The position numbers and the translations under genes were made by a program. Shown piece by piece: positions 15,264 through 39,374 of a stretch of 64,000 nt of DNA. Under the pieces are notes generated by a model that saw only the letters and a list, made by a program, of their open reading frames with translations, was not told where the DNA came from and searched no databases. This DNA comes from Neocallimastix sp. 'constans' (lineage: Eukaryota): the NCBI GenBank assembly GCA_050613775.1, contig JBODTK010000107.1, positions 124,001 to 188,000 on the forward strand. The letters run 5' to 3'. How positions within the stretch are numbered: the first letter of the stretch is position 1; every line of letters begins with the position of its first letter.

Positions 15264-15301
<38 letters not shown>

Positions 15302-15958
15302 ATATTTGTTTATTTGTTATGTAATTCGTTATTCATATTAATGCTAATGAATAAAAAAAAAATTCTTAGGCAATTAAAAATATAGATGGATATTTTTTTT
15401 CTTTTGTATTTTCCCATCTTTATTTAATGATAAAAATACGCTTGCTCATTAGGCAACAAAAAATATATATGTAAAGAATATTATATATAAATTGATAAAT
15501 AAATATATATATATATATATATTAAAAAAAATAAAAAATAAATAAAAAAAAAAAACAAAAAAACAAAAAAAAAAAAAAACAAAAAATCTATTGTACATAA
15601 ATCATTATTACATAATATTTAACCCATTTTAGTTAAAATTTTTATTTGTTGAATTATTAAAATACTTTTAATTTATTTTAATAATAAAAAATAAAAATTG
15701 GAAATAGTAATGTTATGTATATATATTGAATTATTTTTGATTTATATTTTATATTTTAAAATTTTATATTATATGCTTTTTTAATATTTTATGGATAATA
15801 GAGTATAAGTATATATATATATATATATTTTATTATGAAATATCCAATAACATAATATATATATATAATTATTATTATAAATTTTTTGTTAATAATATAA
15901 AAATTTATTAAGGATTAGATATAATAATTTAAAATAATTTTTATGGAAACTATTTAAC

Positions 15959-16277
15959 GGGAGAGTTGTATTTCCCCAAGTTGCATTTCCCCAAGTTGCA
16001 TTTCGACAAGTAGAGTATTGATATAAATAAATGAATAAATAAATAAATATTAATTCAAAATATTATTTTTTTTAAAATTGTTTTTATGCGATATTAATAA
16101 TATTTAATTTTATTTATTGATTTATTTATTTATTTAATAATTTTCAATTTGGCGAAATGCAACTTGGCGAATTGCAATTTGGCGAAATGCCACATTTTTT
16201 TAATACGCCACATGTTTTCAAAAAAATTGGCGAAATGCAATCTGGCGAAATGCAATTTGGCGAAATGCCCCACACCC
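15959..16277. mobile_element. Non-autonomous MITE, probably Mutator (MULE)-like, with 15-bp subterminal repeat arrays
   Basis: 9-bp direct flank ctatttaac at 15950-15958 and 16278-16286. Imperfect TIRs GGGAGAGTTGTATTTCCCCAA / revcomp GGGTGTGGGGCATTTCGCCAA. Three left copies and 3+3 right inverted copies of the 15-mer TTGGCGAAATGCAAY. Confidence 0.85.
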
Positions 16278-16742
16278 CTATTTAACAATAAGTATGTCTT
16301 TTTTTTTTTTATATTTTTTATTTTTATTTTTAATAACATCTTATTATTAAATATTATTAAATATTTAGGTTTAAGATTTTTTTTTATTATTCTTTTCCTT
16401 AAATAAAATGAATCAAATAGATTATTTTTATTAAGATATATAAATATATTTCAAATACCAAATTTTATCAGTATTTATTATTTATTTATTATTTTTTATT
16501 ATTTAAATATATTAACCTAATTAATATTTTATTGTATTTTAATTTTTCATTTAAAATGGTTTTTCATTGATATATAAAAATTACTTAGATTTTTATAGAT
16601 AATTAATAATTATTATAATAATAATAATAATTATAATAATATTATTATATATATATTATTAAAAAATTATTTATTGTTTATATGCCTATTTTTTTTTTTA
16701 AATCCTTTTTATGTAAAATTGATTAAAATTGTTTACTTTATT

Positions 16743-16774
<32 letters not shown>

Positions 16775-17712
16775 GCATTAAATATTGTTTATATGAATAT
16801 ACTAAAATAAAATAAATATTTAATAATAATAAATAATAAAATAATAAATAAGTAAATAAATAAAAAGTTCTATAGAAATGTTTTTTTTTTTTGTATTATT
16901 TAATTATTATTAATATTAATATTTTTATTTTTGTATTGCTAATAACCTTTAATTGCAAAATATCATATATATTATATGATATTATGGCCAATTTATTGAT
17001 ATCCAACCTTAATATATAATAATTCTGTCTAATTATAATTTTATATGATATAATTTTGAGTAAAATTAAAAGTCTTACTTTTATACACGTTAAATATCAA
17101 TGAAAAAAACTTCTAATTTATATATGTATCTTATTGTAAATTTATTTTATTTTTAATTCTAATTATATATAGGAGATGTTGTTTTATTGTTTAATTTCTT
17201 CATTATTTTCTATTATCATTAATAATTAATTTTATTAATATAGAAAATATAAACTTTAAATATTAAAAAAATAAAAAAAGTAAATATTTAATTATTAATA
17301 CCTAAACTTTTTTATTTTTATTTTTATATCATTTCTTTTAAATAACTATTTAAATTTTTTTTATGTTATTAATATCATTTCATTTCATTTTTCTTATTCT
17401 TTTTTTCTTTTTAAATAATACAAAATTATAATATTAATTATTAATTATAAATATAATTAAAATTAAAATTATAATTTTAATTAATAATGAATATTAACTT
17501 TTTTCATTATACAATTTTGTAATCTTAAAATTTATTATTTTATTGAAAAACATTATTATTATTAATTTTTCTAATTGTATTAATAATTTTTTCCTTTTTT
17601 TTTTTTATTTTTTATTTTACTATTTAGTTTTTAGCTTTTATTTATTTTTATTTTAAAGCTTTATATAATTATTTTTTTTATCATATAATGATATAGTTAT
17701 TTATTTTATTCT

Positions 17713-17745
<33 letters not shown>

Positions 17746-18311
17746 GTATTTTTATTCTTATTTATTTAATTATTTATTTATTTTGTTATATATATTGATT
17801 TATGTTATAATTTTTTTTTTAAAAAAAAAAGAAAATTAAATAGACTTTATATAAATTTATATATAAAAGTGGAGAAATTGTATTTTATAAAAAGTTTACC
17901 TATTTATCTGCAATAAAAACAAATAATTTTATAAATAAATAAATAAATAAATAAACAATAATAATAATAATAATAATAAAATCATTACAAAGAAAATTAA
18001 TATATTTATTCTAATAAATAAATATATATATACAATATTTAAAGTTTCAGACTAAAAAATTTATCTATATATTTGTAATAATAAAAAGAGAGTGACAAAT
18101 ATATATATATAAATATATGTATATATTTTAAAGAATAAAAGAGAAGACATTAATAATAATAATAATAAAAACATTTTATTCAATAGAGAATAAAAATAAA
18201 AAATAATTCAGTACAACCATTTTCAATAATTTTTTTTTATATTATTTCGGCAAAATTTCGTTTCTAGTATCTTGTTTATATATATATATATTTATATATA
18301 TTATTTATAAA

Positions 18312-22014
<3,703 letters not shown>

Positions 22015-22324
22015 ATCATATCAAATAGAAAGTAAGTTGAAAAACTTTAAAATAAAATTTTATATTATTATTTTCATTATTATTGTTTATCACTTGTTAT
22101 ACAAAAATTTTTAAAAGCAATATAGAAATATTAATAATGAGAATAATAATGCTTCAAATAATAATAATTACATAATAATAGTAATAATAGAATAATTTAG
22201 TGAATTTAAATATTAAAGTAATATATAAGTTTAAAATAAAAATATATAATAATAGTCATAAGTAATATTAATGATAATAATTATATAATTATTATAATCA
22301 TCAAAATTTCATAAATATATATCT

Positions 22325-22371
<47 letters not shown>

Positions 22372-22726
22372 TATTTAAATGCGTTATATTATTAAATAAT
22401 TAAATTAATTAATTAAATCATATTGTAATATTTTTAAATATGTATATCTATCTAATATAAAAGAATTTAAATGTGAACTACTAAAAGTGAATAATATAAT
22501 TTAAATAAATCAAAAGAAAAAAAAAACAAAACCAAAACCAAACCTAAAATCAAGATCAAAACATGATAATAAATATATAAATATATATAAATATATATTT
22601 ATAAAGATTAAAATAACCAAAAAAAAAAAAAAAAAAAATAAAATTAAAAAATAACTATCCGATATAATTTATCACAAAAAAAAAAAAAAAAAAAAAAAAA
22701 AATAAATAAAAGATAAAAAATAAATA

Positions 22727-22770
<44 letters not shown>

Positions 22771-23468
22771 TTGATTAATTTTATTATTATAAACCCACAC
22801 AAATTTAATAAGAATAATAAATGAATAATCAAAATAATAATGATAATGAAAAAAAAAATTATATATATATATAATTTTTTTTTCTATATATCCTATAAAA
22901 TGTAATCATATTCCCATAAAAACTATTTATTAATCATTATATAATAAATTAATAAATATTTAATAATAATGAAAACACAATCTACATTATTAATAAATTA
23001 ATAATAATCATAATTACATAAACAACAATAAAAAAAAATGAAAGTGGAATTAGATTTTTAGTGATTTCTATTATTATTAAATATCTAAAAAGTCTTTTTT
23101 TTTTTTTTTTATATATATTTGACTTTATTTCTAATATTATCGAATACTATTGAGTTAGATAAATTGGAAAAGTAAGTAATTTTTAAAAAGTTTTATTAAT
23201 ATTTAGATGATAATTCCATATTAATATATATACTAAGAAATATATAATGTAAATTTTATTTTCATTATTTTAGGTAAAAAAAAAAAAAAAAAAAAAAGGA
23301 AAACTAGAAAAGAATTAAAATTTGCTTCAGAAAAACTAAAACTATAAGAAATATTTATAAATTATATTCATTTTTGTATTCATTATCATTAAAGATTTAT
23401 GTAAAATTTATTATTATAAATTGATAAAGAAAAAAAAATATTAATTTTATTTTATATTTTACTTCTTT

Positions 23469-23514
<46 letters not shown>

Positions 23515-24197
23515 CTATTTATAATATATATAGAAAAATATTAATATATATAATTTTTGATTAACCTCACACTTTTTTCTAAAATGTTGCTAATTATTTT
23601 TATTTATTAAAAAAATATATATCCTTGAAATAAAATATAAAAAGAAAGTAAAAAAAAAAAAAAAAAAATTATTAAACAATTTATTAATAATTACTATATT
23701 ATATTATTATTATAATTTTCTTTTATTATACTTTATCAATATAATATTTATTTTATTTTTCTTTCTTTTATTTTTGATTAATTGTTCTCTAGTAATTTAT
23801 TATACATAAAATTAAACTAGCTTTATATAAAAGAGTTTTTACATAATTATTTTTGTGATATTTTAAAAATTTTTAATATTAATAAAAAACTTTTGTAATA
23901 TACTATACATAAAATTAAACTAGTTATATATAAAAGAATTTTTGTTTATTATTTTGTGATATTTTAATAAAATTTTCATAAAAATATATTAATAAAGAAA
24001 TAAAAAATATATAATTATAATCAATAAAAGATAAAAGTACGTGGTTAAATAAATAAAAATTTATTTAGTTAAAAGTAGTTTTTTTATATTTATTTATTTA
24101 TTTTTTATTTACATTTTATATGTTTTGCTAATTAATAGGCAAACATTAAATAAATATTAATTAATTTGGGTATGCTTTTAAGATTTTTAAGAATAAG

Positions 24198-24237
<40 letters not shown>

Positions 24238-24403
24238 GTTATTATTTTATTTAATTTTATTAAACAATTATTATATTTCTTTTTGATCTTTAATCAGTAA
24301 TAGGTTAATAAAATATAAATAAAATATAATTATTAATATAACTATTAATAAGTTTTTAATTAATTATATTAACAAAATTTTTTATTCTTTTTTTTCTTTT
24401 AAT

Positions 24404-24864
24404 TTATTTAAATCCTCTCCATGAAACTTCTTTGATACCAGAAAATGCACTCTTTAAAGCTCTTGGATTTGCCCATTCTGAAGCTAAATAATCATCATCA
24501 TCATTTTCTTCCAATTTCTATTTATATTAGTAATTAATATAAGAGTATAATTTAAAATAAATAAAAATATAAATTTTAATAGCAATAAGCATAAAGAATT
24601 ATAACTTTAATTCAGTATAATAAATTATCAATTTCTTTTTTTCTATTAAATATATATATATATATATAAAATTATGATACAAACCTTTAATTCCTCTTGT
24701 TTTTTATAGTAATATGCCATTAAATTCTTTTGTTCTTGTTCTGATAATGGTGCCTCTCTAACTGGTGCTCCTTGGTTAGCCTTATTAATATCATATAAAT
24801 GTATTTTTTTAATAAAAAAAATTTTTTTAAAAAAAAAATGTATTGTATATTATATTATTATTAA

Positions 24865-24944
<80 letters not shown>

Positions 24945-26220
24945 AATTTCTTTAAATATTATGATATTTTCATTATTTCTTACCTTCTGTAATTTTGCAA
25001 TAATTTTGGTTTTTTCATTTCTACCTAAGTAATCAGAGAGTTTCTTATCTTTTTTTAATTCTTTACCTGCCCACCATAAGGTAGATGTTTTTGGATCTAA
25101 AACTTCCTTACTGTCCTTTATTTTATATAAAGAATTTTAAATATATTATATTAAAAATCAATATTATCATGTTTTTTTTTTTTAATATATAAACAATTAA
25201 TTACTTTTAATTTTTATTTCCAAAAATTCAAATAATAAATAAAAATATTAAATGCTTCAAATTTATATCTATTTATCTATTTATATATATAATTTATAAA
25301 TATTTAGGTATTTACTGCAGAACCGGAAAGATCTTCATTATCATCAATAATTTCTTGAACTGGATCAAAAGATGGAATACCCATTGGATAGGCTATCATT
25401 ACTGCCCCTTTAACATTTTGAATAGCTTCATTTAATTCCTTGTCAGTAATAAAAATACCTTGGGCAACTTTATCCTATTTATACAAATTAATTTTAACAA
25501 ACAATAACAATTATAACAAAGTCATTTTTTAATTTTTTTTTTTTTTTTTTTAATAACAAAATATTATTTACATTATTTGTATATTATGAAAAAAAAAGTA
25601 AAATTATTAATTTAAATTAAAATTTTACCTTTGATATTAATTGCTCAGCTTCATCCAATGCTTTTTCAATAACCTTGGCTGTTTCAGGTATTGGTGCTAT
25701 TTTTTTTTTTATTTTATTTTATTTTTTATTTTTTATTTTGTTTTCGTTTTTATTATATTATATGAATTATATATATATATATATATTTATTTAAAATAAT
25801 TTATTTTATGCAATATTTTATGTAATATTTGTTAAAAATATTATTATTATTTTTTTAATAAATATTAATTGTTTTTAATAAAAATGTTTATAGTGTTGAT
25901 AAAAAATTAAAATTTTTACCTTCTCCATTTCTTCTTCCAGTAGGATCTGGTCTATAAGCTACTTTAAATCCTTTATCATTGGTAATAATTTTAGCTTCTT
26001 CAATTTCATTTGAATTCTTTTTTTTATCAAGATTATTTATTTGTTCTTCTGTTAATCCATGCTGATCATATGGCTTCAATGGTCCATAGAGCACTAATTC
26101 TCTACCAGCTATTTAAATTTTATTACATTATATATTTTATTTCATTTATTTTATTATTATTAAAAAAAGAAAAAAATAACCATCATTGATATATCGTTTA
26201 AAATTACATATACAAATAAG

Positions 26221-26256
<36 letters not shown>

Positions 26257-26498
26257 CATTAATAAAATATTTATCAATATAATTTCTAAATAATTTTGTT
26301 TTTAATAAAAAATTTAAAAATTATATACAATATAATATATCTTTTTTTTATTTAATTACCTTGTACAAGTCTACCAACTCTATTAATTAAGTTGTATCTG
26401 TTAACTAAAACTGGTACTAATTCTGAAATAGGAGTTGAAACCAAGTTTTCATATAAAAACATTGATTTTTCGTTTCTTTTAACATGTATAACAACCAT
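24404..26498 (-). CDS. CFAP298: Cilia- and flagella-associated protein 298 (C21orf59/Kurly), dynein-arm assembly factor
   Basis: MVVIHVKR..., GLTEEQI, DPTGRRNGEAP, GAVMIAYPMG.P.FDP, LWWAGKEL, LSDYLGRNEKTKIIAKLQK, GAPVREAP, YLASEWANP.ALKSAFSG match family motifs across about 7 exons. Confidence 0.93.
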
Positions 26499-26800
26499 TC
26501 TTGATTTTTATTATATCAATATTATTTAAATATTTCTAATATTTGTTAAATTTTTGATTAACAATAAATTTATTAATTATAATAAAAAAAATTAATTTAA
26601 TAAATTATAAAATAATAAAAAGATTGAAATTTTTTTTTCTTTTCACTGAAATTTATAGCTTCATAAAAAAATAGAAAAAAAATTTTTTCTATAAATTAAT
26701 ATACAAATATATGGTAATTTTTATAATTAAATTTTAAAAACTTTAAATTTAATATATTTAAATATATTTTCATGAATTTTAAAAAATAAAATTAATTTTG

Positions 26801-26838
<38 letters not shown>

Positions 26839-27659
26839 ATTATGATTAATAATATAATTGTTATTATAATTATTAATTAATTACTTTTTTATTTTATTAT
26901 AAACAAATGTTTAAATTACCATATTATTAAAAATTTAAAGAAGAAATAAATGTATCGTATTATTAAAAATTTAAAGAAGAAATAAATGTAAAGTATAAAT
27001 TAAAATAACTAAACTCTTTAATATGATGTCCAACAAGTCATTATACTTTTATGTTACAATTCCATAAATTATTCTTTAAATCATATATTTATTTATTTAT
27101 TTATTTATATATTTATTTTTATTTTATTTTTTTTGTTATGATATTTGATTATAAAATTTTTTTTATAATTTTTAAATATAATAAAGTTAGTTTTTATTTT
27201 TATTTTTTAATTTGCATTTATGATATTGAAAATGATAAATATTTAAACATAACAAAAATTTTAAAATTTATTATTTTTTAAACAGGTATAAATAAAATTG
27301 TTTATACTTTTCACTTTTTTTCTTTTTTTTTTTCTGTTGTTTGAAAAAATCAGTTTTTTTTTCAAAACTTTATTTGAAAAGAAAAATTAAGAACAATTAA
27401 TAATAAAAAAAGAATAAAATAGAAAAGGAATTAAAGAATTAAAGAGAAATAAATTGTATAAATATTATAAGATAGAAATAAATATATAACTTCAGTGGTA
27501 ATTAAATATATAAACCTATTTAATACAAAGAAAAGAAAAAGGGGAAAAAATTGATTAAATCAGAATATCAGATATATTCTGCAATTAACAAAAAATAAAA
27601 AATAATAAAAAAAGTTTTTAAATATAAAATTTATTTAAAATTTTCTATATAAATAAAAA

Positions 27660-27703
<44 letters not shown>

Positions 27704-27706
27704 AAA

Positions 27707-28388
27707 ATGCCTATATTTAAATACTTGGGAGGGTAATTATTATTTAAAGGTTTTTATTTTGATAACACATACTTTATATATATATTATTTTATAATATTT
27801 AATTTTTAAGTAGGTGTATAAAATTTGTATTATCATTATTTTAAATATTAATGAATATTATTATCAAATTAAAAAATTAATTATTAAATACAATAAAATT
27901 TTTAGCCATACAAAAGAACCAACTTTTACCTACTTTGAAAATACAAATGAACCAATTCGTATAAAACTTGGTAATATTTCAGCTATTTATTCTAATAAAA
28001 AATGGAAGATCGGTAAATATTAATTTCTTAAATATTATAAAAAGTTATTCAATAAAAAATATAATTTTAATAATATTTATTTTTTTATTTTTTTATTAAT
28101 TAATTTTAATAACAATAGATAATAAACCAAATGATAATGATTATAGTGAAAACAATGGAAATGGGGATAATGAAGATAACGAAAATGAAAAAGATAAGCA
28201 TCAATATAATAAAAAATTACAAAAAAGAAATAAAGAACTCGAAAATGAAAATCAACAATTAAAATGGAAAATAGAAGTTCTTTTATTAAAAGTATAATAA
28301 TAGAATATTTTAATTCTTTTTATGTTTTTTACTAGTAATAATAATTAATATTATAATTATTAGTATTTCAATGATAAATTAATTTTTA

Positions 28389-28471
<83 letters not shown>

Positions 28472-28593
28472 TATCATTTAATATTAATTTATTTAATCTC
28501 GATGATTTTTTTTTTTTTTTAATTATTATTATTTATTGATCATAGCTTGCCGAGGCGAAATATGAGATTGAACAACTTCGGGAAGCTGAATAA
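27707..28593 (+). CDS. CBY1: Chibby-family coiled-coil basal-body protein, 4 exons
   Basis: MPIF... start. PIRIKLGNISAIYSNKKW resembles Chibby PTMNLAGQSLKFENGQW, and LQKRNKELENENQQLKWKIEVLLLK|LAE resembles LRRRNQQLEEENNLLRLKVDILLDMLSE. Confidence 0.75.
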
Positions 28594-28842
28594 GAATAAT
28601 TATTTTTTTTCTGTTTCTGTTTAATATTTATATATATTTTTCGTTATATAAAGTTTTTTAAATTGAAGAAACCATATACATCATTAAGATAATAATAATA
28701 TAAATAATTGTACAAATAATCAAACAAACAAACAAACAAACAAACAAACAAACAAAAAAAAAAAAAAAAAAAAAAAAAAAAACAGAACAAATAAAAAGGA
28801 AATTTACATTTATGTAGTTTTTTTCATTTTCATTTTCATTTT

Positions 28843-28886
<44 letters not shown>

Positions 28887-29037
28887 TTAAAACTTCTTGT
28901 ATATACCCATAAATTTATTTAATTGCATTTAGATTTGCAATGATAATTAGATTACTACTGATATAATATTATTAACTATGAAAAATCCAAAAACGAAAAA
29001 ATCAGTTTTTATTTATAATAAGATAAATAAAATAAAA

Positions 29038-29082
<45 letters not shown>

Positions 29083-29281
29083 AAAAAATAAAAAATATAA
29101 AGAAAAACATATATTCACTTTTAATTTAATTTATGCTTTATTATTATTACTATCAATTGATTAATTAATTATTTTATTATTATTAATTTTTTCTTTTCTT
29201 ATTTATTTAAAATGTTAATATATACATAGATAAAAATATAATAAGAGTAAAAATAATGTAAAAATAAAATATAAAAGAGAT

Positions 29282-29317
<36 letters not shown>

Positions 29318-29539
29318 TGATCCTTTAGAACTATAGATATAAATAAATGTTAATATATTAATTATAATAAACAGTTAAGAATAATGATGAATATTTTAAT
29401 TAAAATTTCAATATAGTAATAGATTTGGAATTAAAAATATTATTATTAGAATTGTTATTTCATCTTTTTTTATCTTGTTTCTAATACAATAACAAAAAAA
29501 AAAAAAAAAAAAAATGAAATAAATTAAAATATAAGAATA

Positions 29540-32068
29540 TTAATCTAATTGATCTGATAATTGTAATGCTTTTTGATTTGTTTTTATCTTATATTTATTA
29601 AATCCAACCACTTGCAACCCTTCCATACTTGTTGCCCTAGAAAGAGCAACATATGCTTGTCCGCATTCAAAAATTTTCGATAAATCTACTCTTACAAAAT
29701 CTAAGGTTTGTCCTTGTGATTTATGAATTGATAGAGCCCAAGCTAAAATTAATGGAATCTTGTTTTATTTATTATTAATGTTGTTTTGGTTATTATTATT
29801 GTTATTATTATTATGAATTTCATGAAAATGAGAGAGAGAAAGAAAAAATTAATATTGAAAAATTCATTTAATACATATCTTTTATTTTTAATAAATAACA
29901 ATTATTTTTGAATTGAATCATTAATTTTGTATATATTAAATAATTACCTGAATTCTTTTAGCCATTATACTTTTGGAATCTTCTTTTACTTTGGGTATTT
30001 CATTTACCCATTCTTGTGGAGATATAATTTCTAATCTTCTACTTACAGGAAAATAGACAATTGGATAACCTTTATCTGAAAAACCTTTAACAATACCTAA
30101 ACTTCCATTAATTAAAGTATTATCTAAATTTTTTATAAGTGATACTTGAGCTTCAAGTTTAAGTTCTAATACCTCTGGAGCAGGACAATTCTTCTTTATT
30201 TGTTCAAGAAGTCTTGGATCTCCTATGTCACATGAATGATAAAATTTTGATTCACCTTTTAATTGAATTAATCTTTTTTCATTTTCTTTTTTAACTTCTG
30301 AACGTAAAGGGTATCTAAAAATAAAAAATAATAGATATTATATATATTTAATAAGTGATACTTTATCATTTATTTAATATTTATTTCATTATTAAAGAGA
30401 TAATTACAAATAGGTAGGAACAATTCCTTGAGGACAATCAATTTCTATTTAGTATTAATTTATTATGAAATATATAATATAAATATTAGAATTTTAATTA
30501 ATAAGTTGAACATTATTAAATAAATATATAAATAAATATAATAATTATAATAATAACAAAAATGATAATAATAATAATAATAATAATGAAAAAGATAAAA
30601 AAAAATATATATATATATATATGTTATAAAATATACCTCTTTCTAAAGCTTTGATTTCAACTTCAGTTTCAGGTGAAATATTTCCATAACGAATTTCATT
30701 AAGAATCTAGTTTTTATTTTATATTATTATTATTATTATTATTATTATTTTTTATTACTTATATTCTTTTTTTATGAAAAATAATATTTATGAAATTGAA
30801 TTTATTTTGATATTTAACATAAAAAAATAATTTTATTATACTTTTTTAAATTTAAAATCACTTTGTCGATAGATTTCTGTTAGTTCAATCTTTTCGTCAA
30901 ATATTAAATCCCATGATTTCGATTCTAAATTGTGTATTATTAAAATATATATATATATATTAAATAATGATTTCATAACTTTAATATTATCTTTTTTTTT
31001 TTTTTTTTTTTTTTAATTACCGAAACATAATTTATCACCATTGACTGGTGGTAATTGATAGAAATCACCTGTTGCTATAACCTTTTATAATATTAAATTA
31101 TAATTTTTTTGTGGGAATAATTTATTGAATTAATTATTCATATAATGATAAATATATATATACTAAATTAAATTATTTCGATATTTACTTGAATACCACC
31201 AAAAGGCTTATTATTTTTTCTAATAAATCTTGCAATTTCTTCAACTTTATCAAAAAAATCAGGATCAATCATTGATACTTTATTCATAATTATATAAAAA
31301 ATATATTTTTATAATATTAATCTTAAAAATATTTTATAAAAATTACTAAAAAGTAAAAATATACATATATATATTTATTGAAATTTACTTTCATCTATAA
31401 TTAAAATTTTTGCATTTCTCCATCTATTTTTTGCACCATTGTTTTTAGAAATTTTATTTTTCAGTATATCCATATTTTCTCTTGCAAGTCCTAAACCAAG
31501 AAAAGAATGTAGTGTACAACCACCGATATTAATTGCAGCAATACCAGTTGATGCTTTTTTAATTTGAATTACAATTATTATAATTATTATTATTATTATT
31601 TATAAATATTATTTTACTACATTTAAATAATAATTTATGTTTAATTTCTTTTAATATATACCCGTAATACCAATATCAGTCTATTAATTTTTTCATAATT
31701 TTGAATTATTATATTTCAAGAAACAAAATATTTTCGTTTAATAATATTAATTAATTATTATTATCAATTTTTATTAATAATAACAATAAATAATTTTAAT
31801 AAAACTATCTTACAGAAGAATATATAGATTTTAATCTATTTATAATATAATTAAGTAATAATGATTTTCCTGTTCCTGCTGCTCCTGTAAAGAATACACT
31901 CTTCCCTGAAATTACGGAATCTAATACTTTTTTTTGTTTCTCTGATAATTCAATTTTTAAGGTATTTGTTGGAGTAGGTATTGGTATTGAAGATATTTTT
32001 GGTATTTTTTTAGTTGAAGTTTCTTTTCCTTCAAAAAATTTTCTTTTCCTTTCTTCAGTTAAAACCAT
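29540..32068 (-). CDS. PIF1: PIF1 5'-3' DNA helicase (SF1B), multi-exon
   Basis: [97 protein letters not shown]. Confidence 0.95.
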
Positions 32069-32897
32069 TTTGTTTTATTTGATATTTTTTATTTTTTGTT
32101 ATTTATTTATTTGTTTGATTCTTCACTTATAAATTAGAAATTATACACTGTTTAGTCGTGTAACTAAGGTATCATATCAAAAATTAAAGAAAAAAAAATA
32201 TTTATATTAAAATTAAAAAATAAAATAAAATAAAATAAAATAAAATAAAATAAAATAAAATAAAATAAAATAAAATAAAATAAAATAAAATAAAAATAAT
32301 TTTTTAAAAAAAAAAAAAAAAAAAAAAAGTAATAATTTCAATAATTTAATCTAAGTAGTTTCAACCAATAATAATTACTTATTTTAATCAAAAATTTAAT
32401 TTTTCAAGAAAAATTTTTTTTTCATTTTTTTAATTTACAAAAATTGAATAATTTAATACAATAATTATTAGAAATTAAGCTTAACATTTACTTGTATATA
32501 GTTTAATCTGCATTTGAAAGTTAATTCTACTAATTATTAAATAAAGAAATAAACACCTAAATTAAAAGTATTATTGAGTATAATAAAGGAATTATTTTAA
32601 AATTGAAGTATTTATAACTTGAAATTTAAATTTATTGAAATATAAATTTTAAATAATAATTTTAATATAATATCTCTTAGAAATATATCTAAATATATAA
32701 TAGATAAATATTTATATATATATAAATGATTTAAAATAATTATTTGTTTGAAGTTTTATATATATATATATATAAGGATATATATTAATAAATTATATAT
32801 AAAATTATGTTTTTAATTGAATATAAGAATAAATTAATTATTTTATTAATATTATATCATATCATATCATTGTTTTTTTTAGGTAAACCAGCTTTAG

Positions 32898-32932
<35 letters not shown>

Positions 32933-33044
32933 CAGTGATTAAGAAGCCTTTATTTCCATAATATTTATTCAAAAATAAGTCAAAATTTTAATTAATTAAA
33001 GATTAACATCACATTATTTTTTTTGAAAAAAAGATATAAATAAT

Positions 33045-38423
<5,379 letters not shown>

Positions 38424-38787
38424 AATATATATATATATATATATATAATATGTATATGTATATAAATATAAGCGTAATTTAATATATTATTATCATTTAT
38501 CTAGTTATAAAGTAAAAAATAAAAAATAGAAATAAATAAAAAAAAAAAAAAAGAATACATAAAAAAGTAATAATAATATTAATATATCAAAATTATTTGG
38601 ATTTACACTATTTTATTATTTAAAAAAAAAATATTAAAATAGATATTAATCTATTACGAAAAATCTATTTTAATAAAAATATAAACAGTTGTACTATATA
38701 AACTATATAAATAATAAATGATTTAAAAACAAAAAACATATATATGTTTGATAAATATTATTGTTATTATAATTATTGTTATTATTA

Positions 38788-38835
<48 letters not shown>

Positions 38836-38907
38836 AGAGTCATTTATTTTATTATTATTATAAATTTTTTATTTTAGTATTAGTAATTAAATCAAGAATA
38901 TTATTTA

Positions 38908-38943
<36 letters not shown>

Positions 38944-39016
38944 TTTTTAATAATTTATTTTTATAAACTTTTATATTTCCTTCTAAATATTATATATATA
39001 TATATTATAAAATAAT

Positions 39017-39051
<35 letters not shown>

Positions 39052-39374
39052 TATAAGATTAATTATGTGAAAAAAAAAAAAAAAAAGAAAAAAATTTTAA
39101 TTTTTTCTACATATTTATTGAACATTTTTTTAAACATTTAATAAATATAGAAAATTATTAGTATTGTTATCATAATTATTATTATTATTTTGAAAAAAAT
39201 CGTTATATTTTAATTTATTAACAATTTTTAGAAAATAATAGCAATAATAATAAAGACTGAGATTAAGATTTTAAATATAAAAATATGAACTTTATTCTAT
39301 TATTTTTGATATAATATTGTTATTTTATTATTTTTATTATTATTATTTTTTAATTATATATTTAGATTAATTTT

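Noticed and set aside
16130..16406. ORFs with LAKCN/HFAKL repeats, and a possible CRISPR-like array
   Set aside because: These are translations of the MITE 15-mers. The repeats are tandem without unique spacers, there are no cas genes, and the context is eukaryotic.
23120..23350. Possible extra kinase exons encoding a SARAH-like helix (IELDKLEK)
   Set aside because: No suitable acceptor, and splicing gives an immediate stop.
29540..32068. Helitron-derived Pif1
   Set aside because: Intron-rich, no Rep/HUH domain or Helitron ends, and it sits among housekeeping genes.
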